Position numbers and translations under genes: made by a program. This document shows positions 1-12,902 of a stretch of 64,000 nucleotides of DNA, in pieces. The notes under the pieces are model-generated. The model saw only the letters and a program-made list of their open reading frames with translations, searched no databases and was not told where the DNA came from. Location of the stretch: assembly GCA_951406725.2 (NCBI GenBank), contig OX597818.1, positions 118,110,001 through 118,174,000 of the forward strand. The letters are read 5' to 3'. The DNA comes from Octopus vulgaris. Its lineage: Eukaryota. Numbering within the stretch: the first letter of the stretch is position 1; every line of letters starts with the position of its first letter.

Positions 1-330
1 TTTATCCATTAGTTATTCCTGGCTTATTTGGTAGCAAATACTCGTAACCTAATATCCATACTTACTGTGCTACCTCGTCGTGTTTATGCTTGCACACCTG
101 CGCAGGACTTTCACAAGCACTAACAATGTGAGTCATACTTTCATCCCTCTTCCCACACATTCTGCAGAGGTCTGTTGTCCTTGTGTGGTATATTTTGATT
201 TTCAATGAGTTGGTATTCAATACCTGGTCAGTATTTTTTACAAGGTCACTCCTGTCGATCCACCTCCAAGATGCTTCCTGGTCTTTTAATTGGTTGGTTT
301 CATGGTGGAACTGATCGTGTATTTACATAT
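1..330 (-). pseudogene. Decayed RLE-type non-LTR retrotransposon fragment (R4/Dong-like), zinc-knuckle region
   Basis: Manual minus-strand translation gives QVLNTNSLKIKIYHTRTTDLCRMCGK, a frameshift, then DESMTHIVSACESPAQ..KHKHDEVAQ. This is the same CRxC..E..H....C..RHD pattern seen in the 24149-25444 ORF. Confidence 0.75.
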
Positions 331-1752
331 GGATTGGGGTTTCTTCTCTCTCGTTGGCTGTTCTTGATCGGAATTCATGACCACTCTCAAATCCATGTTT
401 CTTAAATCCTTCTGCAACAACAGCTGAAACTTTCATCTCCGCCACCAACACCACAAATAATACCAATACAATTTAGAGACACCACAGTTTAAAAATGCAA
501 AATAGCTAACTTCGTTAACGACGTGCTTTAAGAGGAAGTAATTAAATTAAAGCCACAAGAATTGAATAATGCTAAAAGGCTGGATGTAACACCTTCAGAA
601 ATAACAGCAATAACACCACTAATATTCAAAGCAGTAGCGACAAGTACAACAAGAAATATACCGACATCAAAAGTCATCGCATCTCAACATCCACAACAAC
701 TACAACCGAAACATCCCCAGAATTCAACTTTATCAACATCAGAAGAATTCCACAAAGCGTCGTAAGACATGAACGTCCCCGACTCACACCACATTGACAG
801 GTCGTGTGGAGAATGTGACAGTGACGATTCTAAATGGCAAACACTGAGAAAAGGAAACAAAAATATGAAGAGGACAAAACGAGAATATGAATAAATGTAG
901 GAGGTGCCTTTAAGCAATTATGCTTCAAAACATTTCCCAGCAGCAGCAATAATAGTATTATCAACAACATCATCTGCAACACCAGCAGCACTGCTATCTC
1001 ACAAACACTATCACAAGCAGAAGATCAACAATCAGATCACACATTCCTAAAGATGGAAAATAAAAATTTGAATCATTGATTGCACATCCGTAAGCACAAA
1101 CAACAGAATCCAGTCGCATGACACGCATCCAATTACAAGGACCTCACGCACTAACTACACTACATTGCAAATAGCTTTCAACTGCAAATAACATCCATAC
1201 AAATATCGTAGCACATGTACAATAATTCAAAATATCAATACGCCAAGAAATTTCAGGGGAGATATAAGCATACAAATATATGAATTTCTGCGTGTGGAAA
1301 CCAGCACAAGAAACCAGAGGAGACAAAGGCATGTCTATCCACAGGAATAAGGTAGGTGAACTTTTCTCGCCATTCTACCTCTGTCAGAGCAATCTACGTA
1401 AAGGTTTACAGACTTTGGTCGTCTCCGAAGCAGGAATACCTGCGTCAATACAGATCACAAGCAATAGAGGCCGTCAGAAATAGTTGTCGTCATCAAAACC
1501 AGTTTCAGAGGCACACATTTTAACGCCTGTTTCTAGTGGATACGCGATTTGACACTCTCCAAACTTATCGATGTCTTGTGGTGCGGTTACTGTCTTATTT
1601 CGGTGGCGTCTGGATTTGAATATACGTGCGTGCTGGTCCCTTGCTGGATAAAAAACAGGCTGGATTCGGTCAAGGATCTCTGAGCCTGCCGGGTGCAACA
1701 CTGTCACCATCAAGGGCTTCAATTTCATTACCACCATTATTCACAATACTTA

Positions 1753-2285
1753 TTCTTCTTCTTCTTCTTCTTCTTCTTCTTCTTCTTCTTCTTCTTCTTC
1801 TTCTTCTTCTTCTTCTTCTTCTTCCAATCAGGACTCACGCCATTAGCCACAAAGAATAATCTCTAATTCGAGCATGCTCTAAGCTACTAAGAATGCGTGC
1901 AGCAACTTGAATATCCATCCACCACACGCAATAGACTGGCGGTTGTACGGGCGCGAAAGCTACGTTGTTATCCACATTCCGTAAACGGTGGCTTTTAACG
2001 GGTGGAGAGCTGAACCAGTCTGGGGTACAGATGATTCTCAATCTAGACTAGGGTCTGAAAGTTTACCACACCATTGTTCCTCTGCTTTGTGGCAGAAGTA
2101 GGAGGACAGAGTAAGAGAAATTTGTGGTGAAAGAGTACAGCGGGGTTCACCCCCTCACCGCCGGAGGTTGTGGAGCTTAGGTGCTTTTTCTCAGTATACA
2201 CTTACAATGCCCGGTCTGGGAATCGAAACCGCGTTCTTACGACCGCAAGTGCGCTGCCCTAACTACTGAGCCATTGCGCCTCCAC
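1753..2285 (-). mobile_element. tRNA-derived SINE, family A (GTGGAGGCGC head), adjoining an (AAG)n tract
   Basis: Reverse complement starts GTGGAGGCGCAATGGCTCAGTAGTTAGGGCAGCG (A box) and contains GGTTTCGATTCCC (B box). Homologous to 15138, 32618 and 62899. (CTT)n at 1753-1823. Confidence 0.75.
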
Positions 2286-2357
2286 ACTGTTGGTGTTTTC
2301 TGTATATACCTATCGGCTCGCGTTTCCTAGCTAAATAATGATAGTTTTAAATGTTCG

Positions 2358-2520
2358 TAAAGGGCTAGCAATTCTGGTGGAGTGATTAAGTCGATTGCAT
2401 CGATCCCAGTGTTCAACTGGTCCTTATTTTGTAGAACCTGAAAGGATGAAGGACAAAACCAGCATTGGTAGAATTTGAACTCGGAACATAAAAACAATTC
2501 TGCTAGATTACTGCCTTCTT
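2358..2520 (-). mobile_element. SINE family B, degenerate copy
   Basis: aagtcgattgcatcgatcccagtg..ctgaaaggatgaagg..gaatttgaactcggaac matches the reverse complement of 5706-5940. Confidence 0.7.
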
Positions 2521-3267
2521 GATTAGTATCATTACCTTATTATTTGTAGGTAATGGGCGTTATGCATTGTGACAAGCTTAAGTAATATTCATTTCAATCC
2601 TTCTAGCTCTGTCGTTGACCACTTTAAACCTGGAAAACTAGAATTACCCACACATAGTGTGCCTTCGGGAAATATGACATTTCAAGAAGCAATTCAACGA
2701 AAATATATTTGTTACGATGTTTGCATTTCACCTCATGTCTAGCGTTGAGATTTATAGAACTTTGTCATGAAGCACATTACATTCAAGAGACTTGAAGGAA
2801 GAGTAGAATGCTGTCTAGATGCCTGAGATAACTTCATGAGAAAATTAAATTTTTCATAATACTGATCATCAAGACTATCATTTTCAGTCATGTTTGCATG
2901 CGTGTAGGTAATTTTACTTAAGACTTCATCATAAAGTTTATGAACCTTGATTAAATTTGCTATATCCTTACATTCACATTTTTATAAAGAAATTAGGAGG
3001 GAAGTGCAGTTTTATAAAGTGCAAGTTCTCTTAATATATAGCAAATTTTCTCATTTTTATAATCAACAATACCCTAAGTAGGGCGTACATTTTTTCACTT
3101 TGTAAAACCTGAAATCCACAGACTTCGCAAATATTTATGTTATCATTACACGTATATTCGACATAATTTTGATAAAATTTGCTATAGCAATCTCAACATC
3201 AGAATAAAGGTGATTCCTTCTTTCATAAGTAAAAAGATGAAACATTCACACTTGTTATATATATATG

Positions 3268-3304
<37 letters not shown>

Positions 3305-3320
3305 GTATATATATGTGTAT

Positions 3321-3359
<39 letters not shown>

Positions 3360-3380
3360 TGTATATATATATATATATAT

Positions 3381-3647
3381 AACAATTGCAGCGTTGAAGG
3401 TGTTTATAAGCCATTTAAGAAACACCAAAAACCGTTAGATTCACTTTAACATTTAAATTTAATTTGTCAAAATATTTTCGTTGCTTGGACCGCGACCTGT
3501 TCACTGACAAAACTTCGTGCTGCATCACTTTGAAGTGAATCTAACGGTTTTTAGTGTTTTTAAATGGCTTATAAACACCTTCCACTCTGCAATAGTTTTC
3601 ATTCCAGCACACGATCTCAGATCAGTCACTTGCTATGCAACGATCTC

Positions 3648-3650
<3 letters not shown>
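3381..3650 (-). mobile_element. (TA)n-flanked fold-back element, probable PLE terminal remnant
   Basis: About 60-bp inverted arms (3386-3446 and 3532-3592) enclose a hammerhead-like motif. (TA)n lies on both sides. Confidence 0.6.
3463..3511 (-). ncRNA. Minimal type I hammerhead-like motif with G3:C8 swapped core
   Basis: Minus strand reads UUUGUCA-GUGAACA-G-GUCGC(ggtccaa)GCAAC-GAAA-AUAU-UU-UGACAAA: 7-bp stem I, stem II, GAAA, palindromic stem III, UH. Confidence 0.65.
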
Positions 3651-3705
<55 letters not shown>

Positions 3706-3708
<3 letters not shown>

Positions 3709-3872
3709 CGCAGGAGTGGTGTCTTAAGTAGCTTGCTTACCAGCCACGTGGTTCCGGGTTTATTCCCACTGCGTGGCATGTTGGGCAAGTGTTTTCTACT
3801 ATAGCCTCGGGCCGACCAAAGCCTTGTGAGTATATTTGGAAGACAGAAACTGAAAGGCGCCCGTTGTATATG

Positions 3873-3876
<4 letters not shown>
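3706..3876 (+). mobile_element. SINE family C (CORE-like), 5' half
   Basis: AGGCGCAGGAGTGG..GGTTCCGGGTTTATTCCCAC..TTGGGCAAGTG. Ends in the internal (TA)n. Confidence 0.85.
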
Positions 3877-3910
<34 letters not shown>

Positions 3911-3912
<2 letters not shown>

Positions 3913-4271
3913 AATGTGCTATCGGAACACCATCACAAATTAGACTAAACAAGAAAACATTCTTCATTGAAAAATACAAGCCCAAACTTAACCATCCCAA
4001 CATACTTATACAGAGAAACTCAATCCAAAAGAGAGGCAAATAATTTTAAGCGATTATCTCCCTTACACCGGAAGAAATCACTTATTATCTAGATCACCGC
4101 TCAATGTAAACATAATGATTTAAGAAATTTGTAAAGCTGTACGCGAAACCGGTCATTTCTTCTATACTATGTCATTGTATGAAAAACATTTATAACATTC
4201 TTCAGACATATTGACTCAAATATATATTTTTTAACCTTTTAGCCTTCTGTAGTTTTTTCACTTTTACTACT

Positions 4272-4278
<7 letters not shown>
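3911..4278 (+). mobile_element. 3' end of a Penelope-like element (GIY-YIG tail plus terminal repeat)
   Basis: Translates as QIRLNKKTFFIEKYKPKLN, resembling the E..FI....P.LN end of PLE endonucleases. 4120-4278 matches the right arm of the 11547-11902 palindrome. Flanked by (TA)n. Confidence 0.55.
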
Positions 4279-4336
<58 letters not shown>

Positions 4337-4344
4337 CACACACT

Positions 4345-4376
<32 letters not shown>

Positions 4377-4628
4377 CCGGTGTTGTTCAAACGATGAATA
4401 GCCTTCGCGTAAATCATTGGTTCGTTTTGTTCTCTTAGGTCATTATCATCTTATAATAATCTCATAATAATGACCTTTATGACTCGTATTACTACCTCAG
4501 TCAATCTAAATGTATATATCTGTCGCTACCTGTCATAAATAACCTTTTTCTATTTGCAATATGCATTTTCGTTGATTTTTCATATTTTACCCTTACATTT
4601 CCACATGTATTTTATATTTTTTTCGTAC

Positions 4629-4680
<52 letters not shown>

Positions 4681-5705
4681 TGGAAGGTTTGGAGATACAG
4701 GTATTATATATAGAAGAAATGAGGTAATATCGGATGGTTCATATTTATAGATATTTATATATATTATTTTTATATATATATATATATATCAGATCATATC
4801 ATTTGGATTATTATATATTCCATCAAATAAATATATATATATATATATGTATGTATTTCAAAAGGGAAATCGAGCAAATTTTGTTAAAGAATTCAGCCCG
4901 CTACTTACTATAGATATAAAATTGGAAAGCGTTGATCTATGTGTATTTCTAAATAAATTACTTTATTGAAATATATATTTCAAATGCAATTCATGCGCAC
5001 AAAAACTTCAAACATCGATTTTGCACTGACTCGTACTGAATAGCATGAAAATTGATGATTTTGTGAATATTGCTTTAATATTTAAGATTCACTGTTTGCT
5101 TAAGATTTGTTATGTAGGTTTAAGGATTTGATTAAAATTAGTCTGAAATATCTTGAGCAGAAAATCCACATACGAGATGGTGACTTTAAATTGACCACAA
5201 TCAAACACATTTGATACTCTTTTAGTCTTACTTAGTATAGATGCCTTGTTAAAACACCGAATGCTGCGCCATTAGCCTTAGGTCATGCTTTCATATAGGG
5301 GCTGGGTACATAAAAGAACACACATAGATATGCTAAGAACTGTAGGTTCTTGTATGCTCCAAGCACCAACCTAATATGGTGTCTCAAGTCTAATAATGCA
5401 GTATTCAATGTTCTAACAAGGCATGTATGTTACGTTGGACATAAAGTTTACCTTTGTTATTAATACTGCTTCCGTCGTTAATAATTAGACACTTTTGAAA
5501 TGAAATTATTATCAAGTTCAAAGTAAATTTCAAACTCAAAAACATCATTCAAGTTTCTACCAAATTCATCGTCACACACAACAAAGCCCTTAAAATTGCT
5601 TCATTTCTTATTTCGTGTCGTATATGGTATTTTTCCCAAAGTAAGAATCATGCGCTAGCATTTAGAGCAAAATCACAAGCAGGAATTTCTTCAGTGCTCA
5701 ATGGT

Positions 5706-5940
5706 TAAGGCGGCAAGCTGGCAGAAACGTTAGCACGCCGGGCGAATAGCGTAGCCGTATTTCGTCTGCTGTTAGGTTCTGAGTTCAAATTCCGCCAAGG
5801 CCGACTTGACCTTTCATCCTATCGGGGTCGATAAACTAAGTACCAGTTACGCACTGGGGTCGATGTAATCGACTTAAACCATTTGTCCTTGTTTGTCCTC
5901 TCTGTGTTTAGCCCCTTGTGGGTAGTAAAGAAATAGGTAT
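5706..5940 (+). mobile_element. tRNA-derived SINE family B, monomer
   Basis: TAAGGCGGCAAGCTGGCAGAAACGTTAGCACGCCGG head, B box GAGTTCAAATTCC, central CCTTTCATCCT..GGGGTCGATAAA..AAGTACCAG. More than 10 copies in the window. Confidence 0.9.
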
Positions 5941-6379
5941 TGATCCAATTACAAAAATCAGTTTACTCTTTGTAAACAATAATTTCAAAATCATGTACCA
6001 TTCATTTTATTTGACACAGGAATTTGCGAATTACAAGATCTTCATATCATCATGCATACGAATTTCGAAAATCTCGAAACCACACGGGCAATGAAGATGT
6101 ATATCGATTCATTAATCCCGACATCAGCTCAGTTACATAAGTCGTGGCTAATGATATGCCGGCAACAATGAAGGTAACGTACACGTACGCGTGCGCACTG
6201 CTTGTTTGGTAATAAGGACTTGCAATGTATATTTATAGGTGTATGTATGCATATTGATGTATGTATATAGACAAACACACAAACACACACATACGCACAC
6301 ACATATATAAATGTCCCTCACCAGACATTCGAGCACAGAAACATAAACACATATACAGACATACATATATGTGTTTGCA

Positions 6380-7385
<1,006 letters not shown>

Positions 7386-7731
7386 TACATATCCTCACCC
7401 TAATGTTGTAGTGGAAAGAAAAGAAATGAATAGAGAGGGGTTGATTTATAGAGTGGTACATAATTATGTAAGAAGAAATTTTAGTCATGAACAAATTGAT
7501 ACACAGACGTGTCTCATACATATAACTTATTCGTCCTTTGCGTTTCCTTTTCCTTATTATAATCCTTGTATGCTGGCCATGTAGGAGCACCGCCACTAAC
7601 AAATCTACTGAGCTACTTGATTTTAAGCCTGGTCTTATTTCTGATCACATCATGCCAAAACGAGAAGCTATCAGGACACAAACAAACAACAGTCGTCATT
7701 TCGAAACAAAAACAACACGCACATAAACACT

Positions 7732-7774
<43 letters not shown>

Positions 7775-8538
7775 GTAGTGTGTGTCACATCAATACCACA
7801 ACCGACTGGGAGTGCGACGTTTAACACCATCGCTAACAGTAGCGATATGGAGAACGCCAACTTTGACTACTACCCTGGTATTCCTCTTCTATCACCAACC
7901 ATCAGCCAGGTTACCACTACCGTTCCTAGTGTGACCTCTACAGCAACAGCAACACAAAGACCAACATTTGGAATGCCTCTGCTTCAGCTCCACCATCAGA
8001 ATAAACGAGTCGCTGCCCATCCGGATATTCAAATGCAAGGATCTACATAGAAACACATTTCTTACACTGTTATTTTCTGATGATGGGCGTTTGCATCCAA
8101 AATATAAAGTTTCAAATTTCGTCGCTAGATTTTTAAATTTCCTCATTTCATTTATTATTATACTTCTGTATTGTGAACAACGTTGACCTTCTTACGTAAC
8201 AGTATGTGTTTTAGACTGTACCCTCTTACGCGGTATATGTATGTCAAACATTTCAAGAACATAGTAAACAATAGACGGTCAAAATAAAGGCAAATGTCAG
8301 TTTGTCGAACGTTCTATGTTAACAGAAAAAGAAAAGGTGGAACTGCCAAACCGATTTAGAAGGTTCTTTGGTTTCTAACAATTTTGTCAAAAGAAGAAAT
8401 GAGGAAAAAAAAAACGAATTAGTTTTGTCTTGTGTATTCGATTATACATCGAAACATTGCCTAAAGAACTTGTTCAGTTTGGCAGAACATCCGCTCTTCA
8501 CTCTGGCGATTATCCAAATAACACTGTTATACGCTTAA

Positions 8539-8593
<55 letters not shown>

Positions 8594-8630
8594 CATATAT
8601 ATATTTATTATTATATTACATTATGTTGTG

Positions 8631-8667
<37 letters not shown>

Positions 8668-8674
8668 AACCACA

Positions 8675-8714
<40 letters not shown>

Positions 8715-9320
8715 TGTATGTATAAGTACGTATTTACGTATTTGTGTGTACGTGTTCATATGTATATGTATACAGAAGTGAAGAAATGGAGACACGGATA
8801 AGCTACATCAGTGGTCAGAGAAACATAAAATATACATACGAATAGAGCAACCGTAGAGTGAGTAGATACTGCTGAGCAGCAATTAATTTCTCACTGAAGC
8901 GTATCAATGATTCGGTTTTGATATCCGATTGAAATCATTTCCATTCGCTTCTGATGTGAAACTGAATATTAAATAATCTTTCGCTACTCATTTGTCAAAA
9001 ATCACAAGTTACAGCTTCTTTAGATATGCTACGAAAACACTCTCAGTTATCGGCTTGCTTTCTAAACGATCTTTCACCCCCTTTCATCTCCCTTACCTGT
9101 CTTCCTTTATAAGCTCTCTTTTCTCCTTTCTCTCTATTAAGCTCCTTACTCTAAAACCCTATCTACAAGCCTAAATGATAGATTCCATATTGAAATAGTA
9201 TATTCTGGTTTTTGATCATTGACTTTTGAAGAGTGATACATAATAACGAACCTCTGTAGTTCCACGTTCTGTTTTTGCTTTGTATATATATTTTGTATAT
9301 ATATATTTTTTTGTATATAT

Positions 9321-9722
9321 AGGCGCAGGAGTGGATGTGTAGTAAGTAGCTGGCTTACCGACCACGTGGTTCCGGATTCAGTCCCACTGCATGGCACCTT
9401 GGGTAAATGTTTGTAATATAGCCTCAGCCGACCAAAGCCTTGTGAGTGAATTTGATAGACGGAAAATGAAAGAAGCACATCGTCTATATATTTATGTGTG
9501 TGTGTGTGTTTATGTGTTTCTCCCCAGCCTCACCATCGCTTGACAACCGATGCTTGTGTGTTTACGTCACCGTAACTTAGCGGTTCGGCAAAAGAGGCCC
9601 ATAGAATAAGTACTAGGCTTACAAATAATAAGTCCTGGGTCGATTTCTTCGACTAAAGGCGGTGCTCTAGCATGGCCTCAATCAAATGACTGAAGCGAGT
9701 AAAAGAGTAAAGAGTAAAGAGC
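9321..9722 (+). mobile_element. SINE family C (CORE-like), full length
   Basis: tRNA-like head, CACCTTGGGTAAATG core-like motif, internal TA/TG tract, 3' AAATGACTGAA with a GAGTAAA-type repeat tail. Confidence 0.9.
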
Positions 9723-11141
9723 ATATCTTTCGTATTTTAATGATAACTAACATAAAACAAAAGGTACCAAATTTTCTCAACCTCTCTGTGGTGTGTCCTT
9801 AATCGTAATAAATACATAAGAAAATAAAAGAAGTACCAGTTGCGTACTGGGGTCGATCAAATCGACTGGCCGGCTCCTCAAAAATTTCGGGCATTGTGTC
9901 TGGAGTCGAAAAGAAAAGATTATTCACAGTAGTATTTGGTAGTCCTGTGATTTGCAATTCCTGAGTGTCTTCAAGTCAACCGGGAGGAATTCAGCGTACA
10001 ATCCTGTGATAGGGCTTCAACGTTGGCAACTCTGTGAAATCAGACAAAGCCACCAAAAATCAGGTAGCGATCTAAAATTCATTGGTTGTCTAAAAATTCC
10101 AGTGCTGGAATACAGAACTCACAGGCCTGGATTAAATACCGTAAGGTACAACTGCCCGATGCCTCTAATAATTCCATCAATGCACAATGTTTGAATTGAG
10201 TATCATAAAATACTTACCACATATTATTCAAACTAAAATCCGAAGCCGGCTTTCGTTAGAAATACGTTTGGTAACGCAAGGCCTTTTGACTGATCTCGCT
10301 AATCATCATGATGAAACTGCTAAAGTAGAAATTATACAACTTTAAGTATAAAATACAACTTGTGACTAGAAAATGACGTAAGAATTTAATCTAACATCTC
10401 GTGATTCTGAATGCATTCGCTGGGAGTTCTGAAAGTAATTAAAACATCCGTCCCTAACATATGAGATCATAATTTGTAAGGTTTCCCCCTTTCATTTATT
10501 TTAGACTTTTTGCAGGTTTATTTATTATTTTTTTTTGAAGGCGAACGATTGCCCTCCCGCCACCTACACACACCACATAACACACAACACGTGTGTGTCG
10601 TGCCTCTCTATGTATGTTTATATGTATCAGTGTGTATGCTCGCATGTACATACGAAACGGTCCTACATGAAAGTTTGTGGCGAGCTGCTAAATGAGCTGT
10701 AGCCACATCCTGCCAACTCAGCGACAAAGTACCTACATTGTAGGCAGCAAATTAAGCTTCTGTCACGAGTTCTCATTTTTCATTCTTTATTTATTTGTAT
10801 GTTATTTGTCCCAGTTACGAAATCATTTTAACAATTTATTTACTTTTCATGTTTTACTACATATTCACGTTTTCCTTTTTCCTAATATAAAAGCATGGTG
10901 AAGATATTTCCAGCCCTGAGACCTCGAAATGTTTTCCCAATAATTTCTCATTGTTCTTTTCCATCTGAACGTAGACATTCTTTCGAACATTTCTTCCATA
11001 TCAGACCAAAAATTCAGTGTAATTTGATATACCCTTATGCATACACAAAGACACCTGTACGCAAACACGCACATACCCGGACACGCCGCACATGTATAAA
11101 TATATGACAGAATGATTCTGAGTGCGTGTATGCGTGTCGAG

Positions 11142-11180
<39 letters not shown>

Positions 11181-11202
11181 AATATCTATATCCATCTATC
11201 TG

Positions 11203-11322
<120 letters not shown>

Positions 11323-11377
11323 TATATATAATTATATTTATATCTATATTTATATCTATATCTATGTCAATATATAT

Positions 11378-11425
<48 letters not shown>

Positions 11426-11428
<3 letters not shown>

Positions 11429-11534
11429 CGTGACCGACCAGGCTATCAGATGTAGTTACACATCGCTGGTCACAATGCGTTCGCATTGTTTTAGCCTTCA
11501 AATGACGCCACGCCGCTGGCTAAGCGAGCAGGCC
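11426..11534 (-). mobile_element. RTE-related 3' tail fragment in (TA)n
   Basis: Reverse complement cattgtgaccagcgatgtgtaactacatctgatagcctggtcg aligns with the RTE 3' end at about 17736-17780. Confidence 0.55.
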
Positions 11535-11546
11535 ATATATATATAT

Positions 11547-11902
11547 ATATATAGAAAATAGTAAAAAGTGAAAAAACTACAGAAGGCTTAAAGGTTAAAA
11601 TATATATATATTTGCGTCAATATGTCTGAAGAATATTAAAAATTGTTTTCCTTACAATGACATAGTTTAGAAGAAAGACCGGTTTCGCGTTTAGCTTTTC
11701 AAATTTCTTACGACGTTATGTTTCAAACATAACGTCGTAAGAAATTTGAAAAGTTAAACGCGAAACCGGTCTTTCTTCTAAATTATGTCATTGTAAGGAA
11801 AACAATTTTTAATATTCTTCAGACATATTGACGCAAATATATATATTTTTTAACCTTTAAGCCTTCTGTAGTTTTTTTCACTTTTTACTATTTTCTATAT
11901 AT
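11547..11902. repeat. About 355-bp near-perfect palindrome of PLE-type terminal sequence
   Basis: Arms of about 175 bp centred at 11724 (cataacgtcgtaag.. mirrored), with only a few mismatches. Confidence 0.9.
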
Positions 11903-11929
11903 TCAACCACGTGCTTTCACAAACCAACT

Positions 11930-11990
<61 letters not shown>

Positions 11991-12029
11991 TATAGGTGTA
12001 TATATATATATATATGTATATGTGTGTGT

Positions 12030-12270
12030 ATAAAAGACAAAAAGAGTGAAAAACTACAGAAGGATTGTATTATATAGTTAAAGAATGAATTTAAATCGTT
12101 ATAAAATTTTCCGTATAGTAACATAGTTTTAGGAGAAATAACCGGTTTTCTATTTTCTTTTAAATTTCTCAAATTTCTTTAACTATATGGTGTCATGTCT
12201 TCGCTATGTTGTGAAATATGGAGTTCCAGACAGGTGAAGGTAATTACGGTATAAGGGAGATAATCAAAAA
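12030..12270 (-). mobile_element. Diverged relative of the 3911-4278/11547 PLE-type terminus
   Basis: Shares gtgaaaaactacagaagg, accggttt and aagggagataatc motifs. Confidence 0.5.
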
Positions 12271-12650
12271 TGTTGGGCTTTACAAGGCTTGATTAATGAC
12301 GACGTGTCATTTAATTCCCCATACTTAGTGTGGTACCCACTTATCCAGCTTCTTTACCTTACCGATTTGTTTCAGATATTCCGATACAGTTAAAATCGAA
12401 ACATCAAACTTCGATTTGAACTCACGCGTGGTTTGAGATATATCCACTTCCACTACATTTCCAGCTCATTATTATCCACCTCCGTCTCAGGTCTACCACG
12501 GGGCTGATCTTCAAGAGTAATGTCGCCAAACTGAAATCTCACAAACCGTCCTCTTACAGAACGCTCAATATCCACATCTTCACGGAACACCTCATTCTTA
12601 ATAATCTGATATATGCATGAATATATATCTATATCTATCTATCAATCTAT

Positions 12651-12704
<54 letters not shown>

Positions 12705-12709
12705 GTCTG

Positions 12710-12796
<87 letters not shown>

Positions 12797-12859
12797 TGGA
12801 TATATATATATATGTATATACATATATACATTAGATATATGTATATATATATTTATATG

Positions 12860-12902
<43 letters not shown>

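Noticed and set aside
420-1740. Possible decayed gag-like ORF1 (Thr-rich stretch, weak CxxCxxxG near 1693-1720)
   Set aside because: Many stops, and the motif needs a frameshift; cannot be supported without a search.
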